DNA from: a virus
Lineage: Duplodnaviria > Caudoviricetes
IMG/VR virus record: IMGVR_UViG_3300027804_000001
Location: 192,001 to 256,000 of that record
Strand: one strand, 5' to 3'
Length of the DNA stretch: 64,000 bases
Shown here: positions 1 through 9,464 of the stretch, in pieces
Position numbering within the stretch: position 1 is the first letter of the stretch
Layout: each line of letters begins with the position of its first letter
Notes under the pieces: model-generated
Told to the model about the DNA's origin: nothing
Seen by the model: the letters and a program-made list of their open reading frames with translations, nothing else
The model's database searches: none
Program-made: the position numbers and the translations under genes

Positions 1-50
1 CCACCATCGAAATTTTCATTTATCCATATCATAATGAACGACTGATTTTC

Positions 51-413
51 TTATAAATTTGTGGTACCGTCTGACTTTATCTCTCCTTTTCTAATTTTAG
101 TACCACTTATTTCTGCAATTTCTGTTGGTGGTTCGTGATAAACGACATCATAACCAACTCCCCTACCATAATTTACCGATTCAATATCGGGTATAATACT
201 GATAAAAATTTTATTAGAGTTTTCAACAAAAAAGGGTTCCTGTGATAATTCCATTAAAATGTCATGTGCCTTCTTAGGGTTATTCTCATCTTGTGGTACA
301 TCTCTAATTGCCACCCACACATTTTTTCCTTTATCCAATTGTTGGCGGATTAACCATTCGTGGCCTTTATGCCAATTTTGCCATCTTCCGATGTATAATG
401 CGTATTTTTTCAT
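51..413 (-). CDS. Cytidylyltransferase-like (HxGH) nucleotidyltransferase, possibly a minimal sulfate adenylyltransferase partner of APS kinase
   Basis: 120 aa. N-terminal IGRWQNWHKGH (HIGH-like) and C-terminal ISGTKIR (KMSKS-like) motifs. 4-nt overlap with cysC. Confidence 0.75.
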   Translation of the reverse strand: MKKYALYIGRWQNWHKGHEWLIRQQLDKGKNVWVAIRDVPQDENNPKKAHDILMELSQEPFFVENSNKIFISIIPDIESVNYGRGVGYDVVYHEPPTEIAEISGTKIRKGEIKSDGTTNL

Positions 414-847
414 ATATCTATAAATTTAATTAAATCGATGAAGGATTCGTCATCGCGTTTGTTAGTGGTATTAATATCTACAAAATTTTCTGTGGGGGGG
501 TCGTAATTTGTCACATGAAAGTTTTCTCTTCCTCTAATTTCTGTTGTGTGAACATAAATCTCAATTACGTCATTCATTTTTTTGAACTCGTCTCTTTGAT
601 CTTTATATGGAGAAACCAAGGATACTACAACCGAATAACCCTTTTCATTCATAAAACGAGCAATATCTTGTGCCCTTTCTATGTTTCGTCTTCTACCTGT
701 TTCTGAATAATCTTTATTTTGAAAGATGTCTCTTAGGTCGTCACCATCAATATGAATAACCTTCTCTGTGTTACTCAAATATGACAATAAATGTTTTGCT
801 AATGTCGTTTTACCCGCTGCGGGTTGTCCTGTAAACCAATAAATCAT
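410..847 (-). CDS. cysC: Adenylylsulfate (APS) kinase
   Basis: WFTGQPAAGKTT P-loop, IDGDDLR, VVVSLVSPY and YDPP motifs typical of CysC. Confidence 0.88.
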   Translation of the reverse strand: MIYWFTGQPAAGKTTLAKHLLSYLSNTEKVIHIDGDDLRDIFQNKDYSETGRRRNIERAQDIARFMNEKGYSVVVSLVSPYKDQRDEFKKMNDVIEIYVHTTEIRGRENFHVTNYDPPTENFVDINTTNKRDDESFIDLIKFIDI

Positions 848-879
848 ATATCATAATATAATGATTTTTTTTCTAAAAA

Positions 880-1557
880 TCAAATGAATTTTAGTGGTTC
901 ATTTAGAGTTTTATTGAACAGTTTGGGGGTTATTCCTAATAAATTAAAAATGTATGATAATGCAATTCCTTCAGAACTACCATAACAACTAAATCCCGAT
1001 TGTTCAACCACACTCATATAATCAAAAATTGGTTTTATTTTTTCCATTTCATATATGATTCTTGTGGTATTATCGTCATATGGAAAATACATATAACACT
1101 CTCTGATTGTTGTTAATTCATTATAATCGAAATTTATTTTTTTGAAGTACAAATAAATTGGTAAGTAGTACACGCTAAAATAATCACCGAACTTATCCCA
1201 TGGAACGTATTTTTTATTGGTTTCGTCCCATTTTTGCCACTTCTCAAAAAAAACATAGTCTTTTGTTTCTTTGAAATTTTTAAAAAAATTATCGGTAAGG
1301 TTCTCACCAAAATCATGGTCTATGTAGAGAACATTTTGTTGAGTTTTTTCTGCAATTCTTAGTGAGAATAAAAGTTTATCAAAATATGAGAATATTTTAT
1401 TTTGATAATATTCGGTTTTAGTATTGGGAAATAATTCTGGTTTGTCTGTTAAGACGTAAACATCCCAACCCCGATTTTTAAAACGTTCAATTTGTTTAAT
1501 TGATTCATCAGGATTACTGGTGTAGTTTTCACCAACCAAAACTAAAGTTAAAATCAT
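880..1557 (-). CDS. Hypothetical protein, putative GT-A-fold glycosyltransferase; paralog of 33726..34436
   Basis: 225 aa. YVLTDKPE, FSYFDKLL, IDHD (DxD) and SSEGI segments align by eye with 33726..34436. Confidence 0.5.
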   Translation of the reverse strand: MILTLVLVGENYTSNPDESIKQIERFKNRGWDVYVLTDKPELFPNTKTEYYQNKIFSYFDKLLFSLRIAEKTQQNVLYIDHDFGENLTDNFFKNFKETKDYVFFEKWQKWDETNKKYVPWDKFGDYFSVYYLPIYLYFKKINFDYNELTTIRECYMYFPYDDNTTRIIYEMEKIKPIFDYMSVVEQSGFSCYGSSEGIALSYIFNLLGITPKLFNKTLNEPLKFI

Positions 1558-1558
1558 A

Positions 1559-1678
1559 TTAATGATTATAGATAAACGGATCTCTCTTTCTGAGTTCCTC
1601 TAACTTTTTCTTTATTTCCTTTTTCTTTTTTCTTTCTTGGATTTTATTCTTAACCCATTTAATTAATTTCATTATCAT
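1559..1678 (-). CDS. Small basic protein (39 aa), not in the ORF track
   Basis: Manual translation gives MIMKLIKWVKNKIQERKKKKEIKKKLEELRKRDPFIYNH*. It exactly fills the gap between the neighbouring genes. Confidence 0.7.
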   Translation of the reverse strand: MIMKLIKWVKNKIQERKKKKEIKKKLEELRKRDPFIYNH

Positions 1679-1685
1679 AAAAAAA

Positions 1686-3350
1686 TCATTTATATATTAC
1701 ATAATTACCTATAACCAAAATATCCATCTCGGTATCATAGAAAGTATCAATCGCATCTTTTGGTGTTAACACCATTGTTTTGTCTTTCACATTGAATGAA
1801 GTATTAAGAAGGATTGGATATCCGGTTAGTTGTTCAAAAACAGTTAAGAGATTGTGTATTTTAGTGTGTTTATATACTGTTTGTACTCTAGCAGTTCCGT
1901 CAACATGTGTAACCGCTTTTAATATATCCACATATTCGTCCTTTACTTTAACAACTTGATTCATATAAGGAACATCCTCAACCATTTCAAAAAAATCAAA
2001 TTGTCTTTCTTTTGTAACCATTGGTGCAAATGGTCTAAAACCCTCTCTCTTTTTAATCACTTTATTTATTTTATCTTTCATTCCGTCTATTGTTGGATTG
2101 GCTAAAATTGATCTATTACCTAACGCCCTTGCACCGAATTCACACCTTCCTTGAAACCATCCGACAACCTTTCCCTTTTTTAAATTTAGGGCAACATGTT
2201 CCAACAATCTATTTTCTAAAGTAAACTTGAATATTTTTTCTTTCTTAATGTCCTTTAAAAATTTATCGTATTCATATCTTGGACCAATAAAAGGATTTTT
2301 TTGAATTCTATTTTTTAAGAGGTCGTTCTTTACCAAATAATGAACACACGCACCAATACATGAACCAGCATCTGATGGTGCCGGTGGTATCCATAAACTT
2401 TTAACATGTGTCTTTCTTATAATCTTTCCATTTGCGGTTCCGTTATATGCACAACCACCACTTAAACAAAGATTTGTATTTTGTGAAAATTTCTTTGTAT
2501 AGTTAATAATTTTAAATAATATCTCCTCATATACTTTTTGTACAGACGCAGCTAAATTTTTGTGTATAATTTCAATACTTTCCTCTGGTAATCTTTGTTC
2601 AATTCTTAAAACATTATATAGGTTTTCATTGAACATTAGTGTATCTGATCTATCCCAACAAAACACATCCATATCGCATTTTAGTTCTCCATTTTTGAAT
2701 GATATCAATTTTCTTACTCTATCAATTAATGGTCTATAATCACCATAAGACGCCAATCCCATCATTTTATATTCACCTTCATTTGGTTTAAATCCGAGGT
2801 AAGATGTCATTGCAGAATAGAATAGACCTAATGAATGTGGATATTTTGATAATGTTTTATATTCAATTCCTTTTGAATTTGCCAATCCAAAAGATAATGT
2901 ATCTATTTCACCGACACCATCAACAGATAAACAATTAGATTCTTTATAATCTGACATAAAAAAAGAATAATATTGATGTGCTAAATGATGTTCAGAATAA
3001 AAAATATTATCAGAATAGTTCGATAACATTTTTTTCACATTTTTAATATTATTTTTAATTTTAAAATAACTCTTTAAAGAGAATATTGGGTTTTTAAATA
3101 GTTTTGTTTTTACATTTTCTTTTACACGTTTAAGTTTTAATTGTGGGTTTTCATAATAACAAATAACAGAAATGTCTTTCTTTGTTAAATTATATTGTTT
3201 GAATATATAGTCAAGTGTTTTTACAGGAAACGATGAATCATGTTTTATACCTGTAAATTTTTCTTCCTCACAGGCAAACAATAATTCTCCGTTCTTGAAT
3301 AAACAAGCTGAAGAATCGTGATAGTATGCCGAAACACCAATTACGTACAT
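1686..3350 (-). CDS. O-carbamoyltransferase, NodU/CmcH family
   Basis: HDSSACL, EHHLAH, VDGVGE, EGEYKMMGLASYG, LSGGCAYN, EFGARALGNRS, FRPFAP, HVDGTARVQTV and NTSFN motifs. Confidence 0.95.
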   Translation of the reverse strand: MYVIGVSAYYHDSSACLFKNGELLFACEEEKFTGIKHDSSFPVKTLDYIFKQYNLTKKDISVICYYENPQLKLKRVKENVKTKLFKNPIFSLKSYFKIKNNIKNVKKMLSNYSDNIFYSEHHLAHQYYSFFMSDYKESNCLSVDGVGEIDTLSFGLANSKGIEYKTLSKYPHSLGLFYSAMTSYLGFKPNEGEYKMMGLASYGDYRPLIDRVRKLISFKNGELKCDMDVFCWDRSDTLMFNENLYNVLRIEQRLPEESIEIIHKNLAASVQKVYEEILFKIINYTKKFSQNTNLCLSGGCAYNGTANGKIIRKTHVKSLWIPPAPSDAGSCIGACVHYLVKNDLLKNRIQKNPFIGPRYEYDKFLKDIKKEKIFKFTLENRLLEHVALNLKKGKVVGWFQGRCEFGARALGNRSILANPTIDGMKDKINKVIKKREGFRPFAPMVTKERQFDFFEMVEDVPYMNQVVKVKDEYVDILKAVTHVDGTARVQTVYKHTKIHNLLTVFEQLTGYPILLNTSFNVKDKTMVLTPKDAIDTFYDTEMDILVIGNYVIYK

Positions 3351-3354
3351 TATT

Positions 3355-5088
3355 TTATAAATTTATTAAACTTTGAAAAAAGTTATAATCTGTCTTATCT
3401 TCATACAAACTAGCAACTATTTCTCTATTATGTTTGAATCTTTTTTTAGATTCTAAATAAAAACCAGATAATTGATTTTTAATTTTATTAAGACGAACAA
3501 TTTCATCGATAATCATTTTCATTCTTTTTTGTGGATTTGGTTCGTTGTCATAACTTGTATCCACAAAGTCTTCAAATAAATCAAACCCATATTTTTCTTT
3601 TGTTCTTTTAACATGTTGATATGTACCGACAAGTAACGGGATTTGGGAATAATACAATGGAATTAAAGTTTTCTCTGTAATGTGAATTACTTCATCTCTA
3701 GAGAATTGTGATTCATTTACGATATTAATATATGAATGTTTATATGGATTATTTTCAAACATATAATCCCAATTTTGTCCGCCACCTGGTGTATCTATGT
3801 CATACGTTTCAAATTCACTTTTTTTGTTTTCTGCATCTTTGAAATAATTAAAACTTTCTCTCATTTCATTTATCATTTCATCATCAAAAACATCTCTTAA
3901 TATGTTCATATCGATGTTACCATCTGGTAATCTATAATCAGCAAGTCTAGTTGCTCTTAAAAATGACCAATCGGTATCTTCTAATAAATTGTGGTGTTTA
4001 AGTGCTGTTAAAATACCAACCCTATGGCTTGTATAATTTCTATTATAACACATAAACAATCTTTCTTTTTTTGGTTGGAAGTGGTATCCATCGCAAAAGT
4101 TTAGTATGTTTCTTGTTACAACTAAAGGTAATCTATTTGAAACATGTACGTTTATATCAGAATTTGCTTCTTTTTTTAAATCAGGAAGTAGTTCATTTCC
4201 ATTAATTATAAAAATTTGATTTGTTGGTATTCCTTCCATTTTTGCAAAGTAATCTGAGAACTTTACTACGTTACCTAAATCACATTCGTGCTCTGTTATA
4301 AACAGAACTTTAAAATTTTCATTTTCAATTAGTAGTTTTTTGATTTCGTCTGATATCGGAAACTTTTTATTTTCGGATAAATAATGTGTTAAATAATATG
4401 GTACATGTACTAAATGATAAAAATTTTCCTCTTTTCTTTGAGTTATTTCTTCTTTGTTACAGATTTTATAATTTTTAACATCATACCAACCATTACCAAT
4501 AAAATCCAGTGTCATTGTTTCACTGGTGTTATGATTAAAATCGTCACAAATAAGATTTAATATTGTTTTATTGTTATATAATTCTGGATACTCGTTTATA
4601 ATATAAACACCCACTACACTTGTTGCTCGGTCATAATTTAGTCTAATGTCTTCGATTGTTTTACAATCAAGTATGGTAACATTTTTACACATACTTTTAA
4701 ATTCTTCAATATAATTTGCTTTGTGTTGATGTCCTGGGTCTAATGGTTTATCCGAACCTTTACCAACTCGTATAATCATGTGAACCTTTTCACCTGACAT
4801 TGATTCATATTTGTCAACATGATTTATTAATTGATTTGCTGCGGAAATTAAAAAATCCCATCTAGGGTAAAATGTAATTACTCTTTTACCTGTCATTGCT
4901 AATCCTAAACTCATACCCATCTGAGTTTCCTCCATTACAGGAACCTCAATCATTTTTTCTTTAGGTACTTCATCAAGTGTTGTACTCATTGGGTTACCTC
5001 TATATACAATTTGTTGTCCAATAAAAACATAATCATCATCTTTTGATAATTTAGTCATTATTTCAGAAAGTGTTTCTTTATATGTCAT
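3355..5088 (-). CDS. Fusion of a TPP-enzyme beta-subunit (transketolase/E1beta pyrimidine-binding) domain with a GT10-like glycosyltransferase-type domain
   Basis: aa 1-~175 have EVPVMEETQMGMSLGLAMTG and LINHVDK (E1beta-like). The C-terminal ~400 aa have LFMCYNR..HR and SYINIVNES..HITEKTLIPL, shared with four other paralogs here. Confidence 0.75.
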   Translation of the reverse strand: MTYKETLSEIMTKLSKDDDYVFIGQQIVYRGNPMSTTLDEVPKEKMIEVPVMEETQMGMSLGLAMTGKRVITFYPRWDFLISAANQLINHVDKYESMSGEKVHMIIRVGKGSDKPLDPGHQHKANYIEEFKSMCKNVTILDCKTIEDIRLNYDRATSVVGVYIINEYPELYNNKTILNLICDDFNHNTSETMTLDFIGNGWYDVKNYKICNKEEITQRKEENFYHLVHVPYYLTHYLSENKKFPISDEIKKLLIENENFKVLFITEHECDLGNVVKFSDYFAKMEGIPTNQIFIINGNELLPDLKKEANSDINVHVSNRLPLVVTRNILNFCDGYHFQPKKERLFMCYNRNYTSHRVGILTALKHHNLLEDTDWSFLRATRLADYRLPDGNIDMNILRDVFDDEMINEMRESFNYFKDAENKKSEFETYDIDTPGGGQNWDYMFENNPYKHSYINIVNESQFSRDEVIHITEKTLIPLYYSQIPLLVGTYQHVKRTKEKYGFDLFEDFVDTSYDNEPNPQKRMKMIIDEIVRLNKIKNQLSGFYLESKKRFKHNREIVASLYEDKTDYNFFQSLINL

Positions 5089-5098
5089 ATTCTTTAAT

Positions 5099-5731
5099 TT
5101 AAAATGCTACCCATTTTCCACTTCCATAGTGTGGATATTTTGATTTATACTGATACCAAATTATATCATTAGGTACATCTCTTTTTATGTTATTCCAAGT
5201 TACCTCTGTTGGTGTATATGTTGATACTCCATTATCCTCCACAACAAAATATAATGGTAAATCGAAGTTTCTAGCGTATTTGTGTGTTTCATAAAACAAC
5301 CCACTTTCAAAACTCATATCACCTACAAATACCCAAACTTTTTCGTCACCACCACTTCTTTTAATTCCCATTGCAACACCTAAAGCAATTGATAATGTTC
5401 CACCAACAATTGCAGAAGCATAAAATTTGTCTTTTGGATTACAAACCGTAATTGATTTACCTTTTAATATTTGATCCTCTAACCATGCAGGGCAAATACC
5501 TTTTACCAAAGCATGATAATGTGATCTCCATGTTGAGAAAATCCAATCTGTTGTTTTTATTCTTTTGGATATTTCAATTAACTGTTCCTCATTACCATTT
5601 GATAAATGAACAGGTCCTCTAATTTTACCACCTTCCCAGTGATTTACAATTAAATCTTCAAATTTTATTAAATCTTCTGGTGTTAAATTTTGTTCTCTAA
5701 CTATTGGGTATTGTTCTAAATTTTTAATCAT
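5099..5731 (-). CDS. Short TPP-dependent enzyme alpha subunit (PDH E1alpha-like)
   Basis: GPVHLSNG, STWRSHYHAL, AIVGG and the TPP-binding motif VFVGDMSFESG...VVEDN. Only 210 aa. Confidence 0.85.
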   Translation of the reverse strand: MIKNLEQYPIVREQNLTPEDLIKFEDLIVNHWEGGKIRGPVHLSNGNEEQLIEISKRIKTTDWIFSTWRSHYHALVKGICPAWLEDQILKGKSITVCNPKDKFYASAIVGGTLSIALGVAMGIKRSGGDEKVWVFVGDMSFESGLFYETHKYARNFDLPLYFVVEDNGVSTYTPTEVTWNNIKRDVPNDIIWYQYKSKYPHYGSGKWVAF

Positions 5732-6276
5732 TTGTCTTTCATTTGAAGTATTGGGTTATTTGTTGGCCATTCTATGTTCCATTTTGGGTCGTTCCATTTT
5801 GCCACTCCGTGATTTATAGAATCTACATATTCACCTTTATAAAACATATTATAATGAAAAACACAATCAGTTAATGCGTAGTGACCATTTGCAAATCCTG
5901 GTGGAACCAATACTTGATTTCTATTTTTTTCTGAGATTAAAAACCAATCCCATTTACCGTATGTTGGTGAATTTTCTCTAACATCTAAAACTACAAGATA
6001 TATGTCACCAACTAATGCTTGTACCAACTTCCATGTTTTATCATCATAATGTAGACCTCTTAAAACATTTTTATATGACTTTGAAAATCTACCGTGAAAA
6101 CTAATTTCATTTTTATCATAATGAATATGTCTCATAACCGGATGTTCTTCACTATGAAATGTTGTAAAAATTTCACCTCTAAATTCTCTAAAGACTGAGG
6201 GTGTGAATATAGGAACCTCACATCCAAAAACTTTAGATGGGTTTTCTTCAAAATCACTCCATTTTTTTTCACTCAT
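5728..6276 (-). CDS. rmlC: dTDP-4-dehydrorhamnose 3,5-epimerase family (cupin)
   Basis: LRGLHY, SPTYGKW and VPPGFANGH motifs. Start placed at 6276 (ATGA overlap with the upstream gene) rather than 6285. Confidence 0.88.
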   Translation of the reverse strand: MSEKKWSDFEENPSKVFGCEVPIFTPSVFREFRGEIFTTFHSEEHPVMRHIHYDKNEISFHGRFSKSYKNVLRGLHYDDKTWKLVQALVGDIYLVVLDVRENSPTYGKWDWFLISEKNRNQVLVPPGFANGHYALTDCVFHYNMFYKGEYVDSINHGVAKWNDPKWNIEWPTNNPILQMKDK

Positions 6277-7016
6277 ATTCCCCAAAATTTTTTTCTAATT
6301 TCGTACACATCAAAAGGTTCTCTTTTCATTTGACCACCTTCTCTGATTGGTGCACTTTTTGTTTTATAACTAAGAACAATTGACCTTCTAAATCTGTCAC
6401 TTTTATTATCTTCCGAACCATGCACTAAATGGTCATGTGCAAATAACACATCACCAACTTTACAAACGTGGTTCACTTTATTAAAATGATGATTTTCAGG
6501 CATAACGCAAGCCCTACCTCTTTCATTTCTCCAAAACGATGGATTTGTTTTTGCTCTTTCCTCGTCTATTTCGATTGGTAGTATTGGTAAAAAATGTGAA
6601 CATTCATATGAATATAAACAACCATTTGTTTCATTCATAGAGTCCAAAGATATAATAACATTTATTGACCCACCCCAACCAGATTGAGTATAAAATCCAT
6701 CTTGATGAATATCTCTCCCTAACTCATTTGGGGGTTTGAAATATGCCAAACTTTGTATCCCCTCAATTTCATCTCCCATGATTTTTTCCAGTGTGTCAAT
6801 AATTTGAGGGTGACCGAATAGTTTTAGTATTAATTCAGAATCTTTTTGTGGGTGTGAGTACATGTCATATTCACCCCAAGAAAAATCTTTAGAATTTCTG
6901 ATAACTCTTAACCTATCTAATTCAAATTTTATATCTAAACATTCATACTCCGAAAAAATAGGGAGTATAATAAATCCACGATATTTCCAATTATATAATT
7001 CTTGTTCGTTTAACAT
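6273..7016 (-). CDS. Phytanoyl-CoA dioxygenase (PhyH)-family Fe(II)/2OG oxygenase
   Basis: YFKPP, HQD (HxD), NGCL and LVHGS..N.S..RRS facial-triad pattern. Confidence 0.85.
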   Translation of the reverse strand: MLNEQELYNWKYRGFIILPIFSEYECLDIKFELDRLRVIRNSKDFSWGEYDMYSHPQKDSELILKLFGHPQIIDTLEKIMGDEIEGIQSLAYFKPPNELGRDIHQDGFYTQSGWGGSINVIISLDSMNETNGCLYSYECSHFLPILPIEIDEERAKTNPSFWRNERGRACVMPENHHFNKVNHVCKVGDVLFAHDHLVHGSEDNKSDRFRRSIVLSYKTKSAPIREGGQMKREPFDVYEIRKKFWGI

Positions 7017-7026
7017 AATTGTATTT

Positions 7027-7437
7027 TTATTCCCAACTAATTCCCCAATCTTTAAATTCTGAAGCTAAACAGTCTGTTTTATAATCTTTCCTACCGCCAA
7101 CAATTTCTTGTATTTTATTTTTAGCAGTATTTCTAACACCGTTTAAACCATGTGTTAATTCTAAATTGGTATTTTCAGTTTTACCATACTTTCTGTAGTT
7201 AGATTCATTGTGCCAAATATGTAAATTAGTTTGTGCTAACACAACAATTGCCCTTACGGTATCAGCACTGATTAATTCATCAGTATTTTTTAGAATCAAA
7301 TCTATATCGTGTTTGATATCTCTTATTTCTTGTGCGTATTCCTCTTTATGTTCAGGTATAAACTGTTCTTTTAATTGAGAAATACTTAATCTGTCAACTA
7401 ATTCTGCTAATGTTGGTAGATACTTACGTTCTGACAT
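7027..7437 (-). CDS. Conserved helical hypothetical protein (DUF6165-like)
   Basis: 136 aa. AELVDRLSISQLK, N..IWHNE..YR and NG.RN.AKN.IQ resemble the DUF6165 pattern as I recall it. Confidence 0.45.
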   Translation of the reverse strand: MSERKYLPTLAELVDRLSISQLKEQFIPEHKEEYAQEIRDIKHDIDLILKNTDELISADTVRAIVVLAQTNLHIWHNESNYRKYGKTENTNLELTHGLNGVRNTAKNKIQEIVGGRKDYKTDCLASEFKDWGISWE

Positions 7438-7440
7438 TTT

Positions 7441-8448
7441 TTATCTGTTTAAAAATTTACGACCTTTATTTATTCTATCTCTCCAATAATCCAAAAGGTC
7501 GTCCATTGTCTTATTGAATGGTATTAACGGTCTCCATCCCGTTAATTCACTAAATTTAGTTATATCTGGTATTTGTAAATCCGCATCAATTGGTCTTAGT
7601 CTACTTACATCTGTTACTATTTCAATATCTTTAACTGTTGACTTAGATAAAAAATAATTCAAGGTATCACCAACCTTACAGGTGTATGTGCCACCTATGT
7701 TATAATATTCACCAGGTATTGGGTTAATATTTAACAACATCCAATATGCTCTCACGGCGTCTCTAACATCTGCGTAAGTTCTTAATGAATCTAAATTACC
7801 AACCAATATTTTAGGTTCTTGTAAACCATTTTCAATCATTGCAATTTGTTTTGCAAATGTTGATTCGTGGAAAACATCTCCTCTTCTTGGTCCTGTGTGG
7901 GTAAACATTCTTGTTGTCATTACCTTCATCTTATAAGCCTCACCATAGTAACGACCAATTAAATCGGTACCTACTTTTGATATTGCATATGGTGATGCAG
8001 GGTGTAAAGAACATTCTTCATTAATTGGTAATTTATCCTTTGTAACTCTACCAAAAATCTCACTTGACGCACAAACATGTATCCTTGCATTTTTATAAGG
8101 AGATTTTCTAAGAGCCTCTAATAAATTTGCGGTACCTAATATATTTGTTTGTAATGTTTCTAAAGGTGAATCAAAACTTGTTTGTGGGTAAGATTGTGCA
8201 CCTAAATGAAACACAAAATCGGGTTTTGAGATTTCAATTGCATTAACAATAGATGCATAGTCATTTAAGTCACCATAAATTAATTCTACTCGTTCCTTTT
8301 TGTTTATGATGTCAGTTAAATGTTCTATGTTGTCCATAGATTCATTCCATCTACAGAAACCATAAATTTTAATGGACGGTTTTTCTAATAAGAAATCCAA
8401 CATATGTGAACCAACCATTCCTAAAACACCTGTTATCAATATGTTCAT
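7441..8448 (-). CDS. gmd: GDP-mannose 4,6-dehydratase-like SDR
   Basis: LITGVLGMVGS, FHLGAQS, ASSEIFG, PASPYAISK, FTHTGPRR and GNLDSLRTYADVRDAVRAYW motifs. Confidence 0.85.
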   Translation of the reverse strand: MNILITGVLGMVGSHMLDFLLEKPSIKIYGFCRWNESMDNIEHLTDIINKKERVELIYGDLNDYASIVNAIEISKPDFVFHLGAQSYPQTSFDSPLETLQTNILGTANLLEALRKSPYKNARIHVCASSEIFGRVTKDKLPINEECSLHPASPYAISKVGTDLIGRYYGEAYKMKVMTTRMFTHTGPRRGDVFHESTFAKQIAMIENGLQEPKILVGNLDSLRTYADVRDAVRAYWMLLNINPIPGEYYNIGGTYTCKVGDTLNYFLSKSTVKDIEIVTDVSRLRPIDADLQIPDITKFSELTGWRPLIPFNKTMDDLLDYWRDRINKGRKFLNR

Positions 8449-9464
8449 TTATAATAAAATTTTTTTAACTTATCGTTTTCAAAAGCCCAATCAAAATCCT
8501 CTTTGTATTTTTCATATAATACGTAAAATTCTTGAGGAATGGTAGTGTTTTCTTCAATAATTTTTATTGCAGTGGAAATATTCTTTTCTAATTTATCCTT
8601 AACTTTAAGGTATAAATCATAATAGTTCATATCTTTTATTCTAATTAAGTTTGACATAATCCCATCCAATCTTTTATCTAAAGATTCTTCATTATCAAAA
8701 TCGTAGTCAAAAATCTCATCATATAATTCAAAACCATATTTTTTAAGGTTGGAGTGGAATCCCTTAATACTGACAACCAAAAAAATTTGTCCTAGTAATA
8801 ATGGTTTTGCCGTTTTTTCCGTCAGAAAAAAATAAATGTTATGGTTATTACATATAGTTTCGGTTACCAAATTTACCAGTGGGTTTCCATTATTCATTGA
8901 TAACCAATGTTGATTGGCTCCACTATCATATTCATGTGTATCATCTATTTTTACAATTTTTTGTTCCCAACATTTAAAATCATAAAGATGGTCGTCTTTA
9001 ATTAACCAAGATATCACTCCATAATCCAACAAATTGGATTTACATAGTTTATCAATTGTCATTGATCTATGTGGTTTTATGTGGTTATTTAAACAAATGA
9101 ATAATTTCTCGTAAACTCTTTTATCAATGTCCTCTTTAATTAATTTATATGTATCAAGTTGTGTATGGTATATACTGTTGAAAAAATATTGGGGGATGAA
9201 TATAAATTTAAACTTATTATATTTTCCATATTTTTCAAACACAATATCCTGCTTTTCAATACCTAAGAAAACATATAAGTCAATATTTTTACTATCTAAG
9301 AAATTATTAAAATCATTTAAAATTTCATTAAAAAATATGTCATATTCTCTAATGTAATCCCACACAATTATTTCCGGATTAAGTGTATTAATGTCATCCA
9401 AAATTTTTGAATAATCTTGGTGATTACTGCACCCACCAAACTTTATGAAATAAACTTTATTCAT
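8445..9464 (-). CDS. GT10-like glycosyltransferase-type protein (paralog family)
   Basis: FICLNN..KPHR and NLVTET..FFLTEKTAKPLLLGQIF motifs. Confidence 0.55.
   Translation of the reverse strand: MNKVYFIKFGGCSNHQDYSKILDDINTLNPEIIVWDYIREYDIFFNEILNDFNNFLDSKNIDLYVFLGIEKQDIVFEKYGKYNKFKFIFIPQYFFNSIYHTQLDTYKLIKEDIDKRVYEKLFICLNNHIKPHRSMTIDKLCKSNLLDYGVISWLIKDDHLYDFKCWEQKIVKIDDTHEYDSGANQHWLSMNNGNPLVNLVTETICNNHNIYFFLTEKTAKPLLLGQIFLVVSIKGFHSNLKKYGFELYDEIFDYDFDNEESLDKRLDGIMSNLIRIKDMNYYDLYLKVKDKLEKNISTAIKIIEENTTIPQEFYVLYEKYKEDFDWAFENDKLKKFYYK

Noticed and set aside
3355-5731. Pyruvate dehydrogenase as a central-metabolism auxiliary gene
   Set aside because: Both subunits are truncated, no E2 or E3 is present, the beta subunit is fused to a GT-like domain, and the context is sugar biosynthesis.
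1686-7016. DNA hypermodification (carbamoyltransferase plus 2OG oxygenase)
   Set aside because: Disfavoured but not excluded. The oxygenase is PhyH-type rather than TET/JBP, and no nucleotide hydroxymethylase or kinase is seen in the window.
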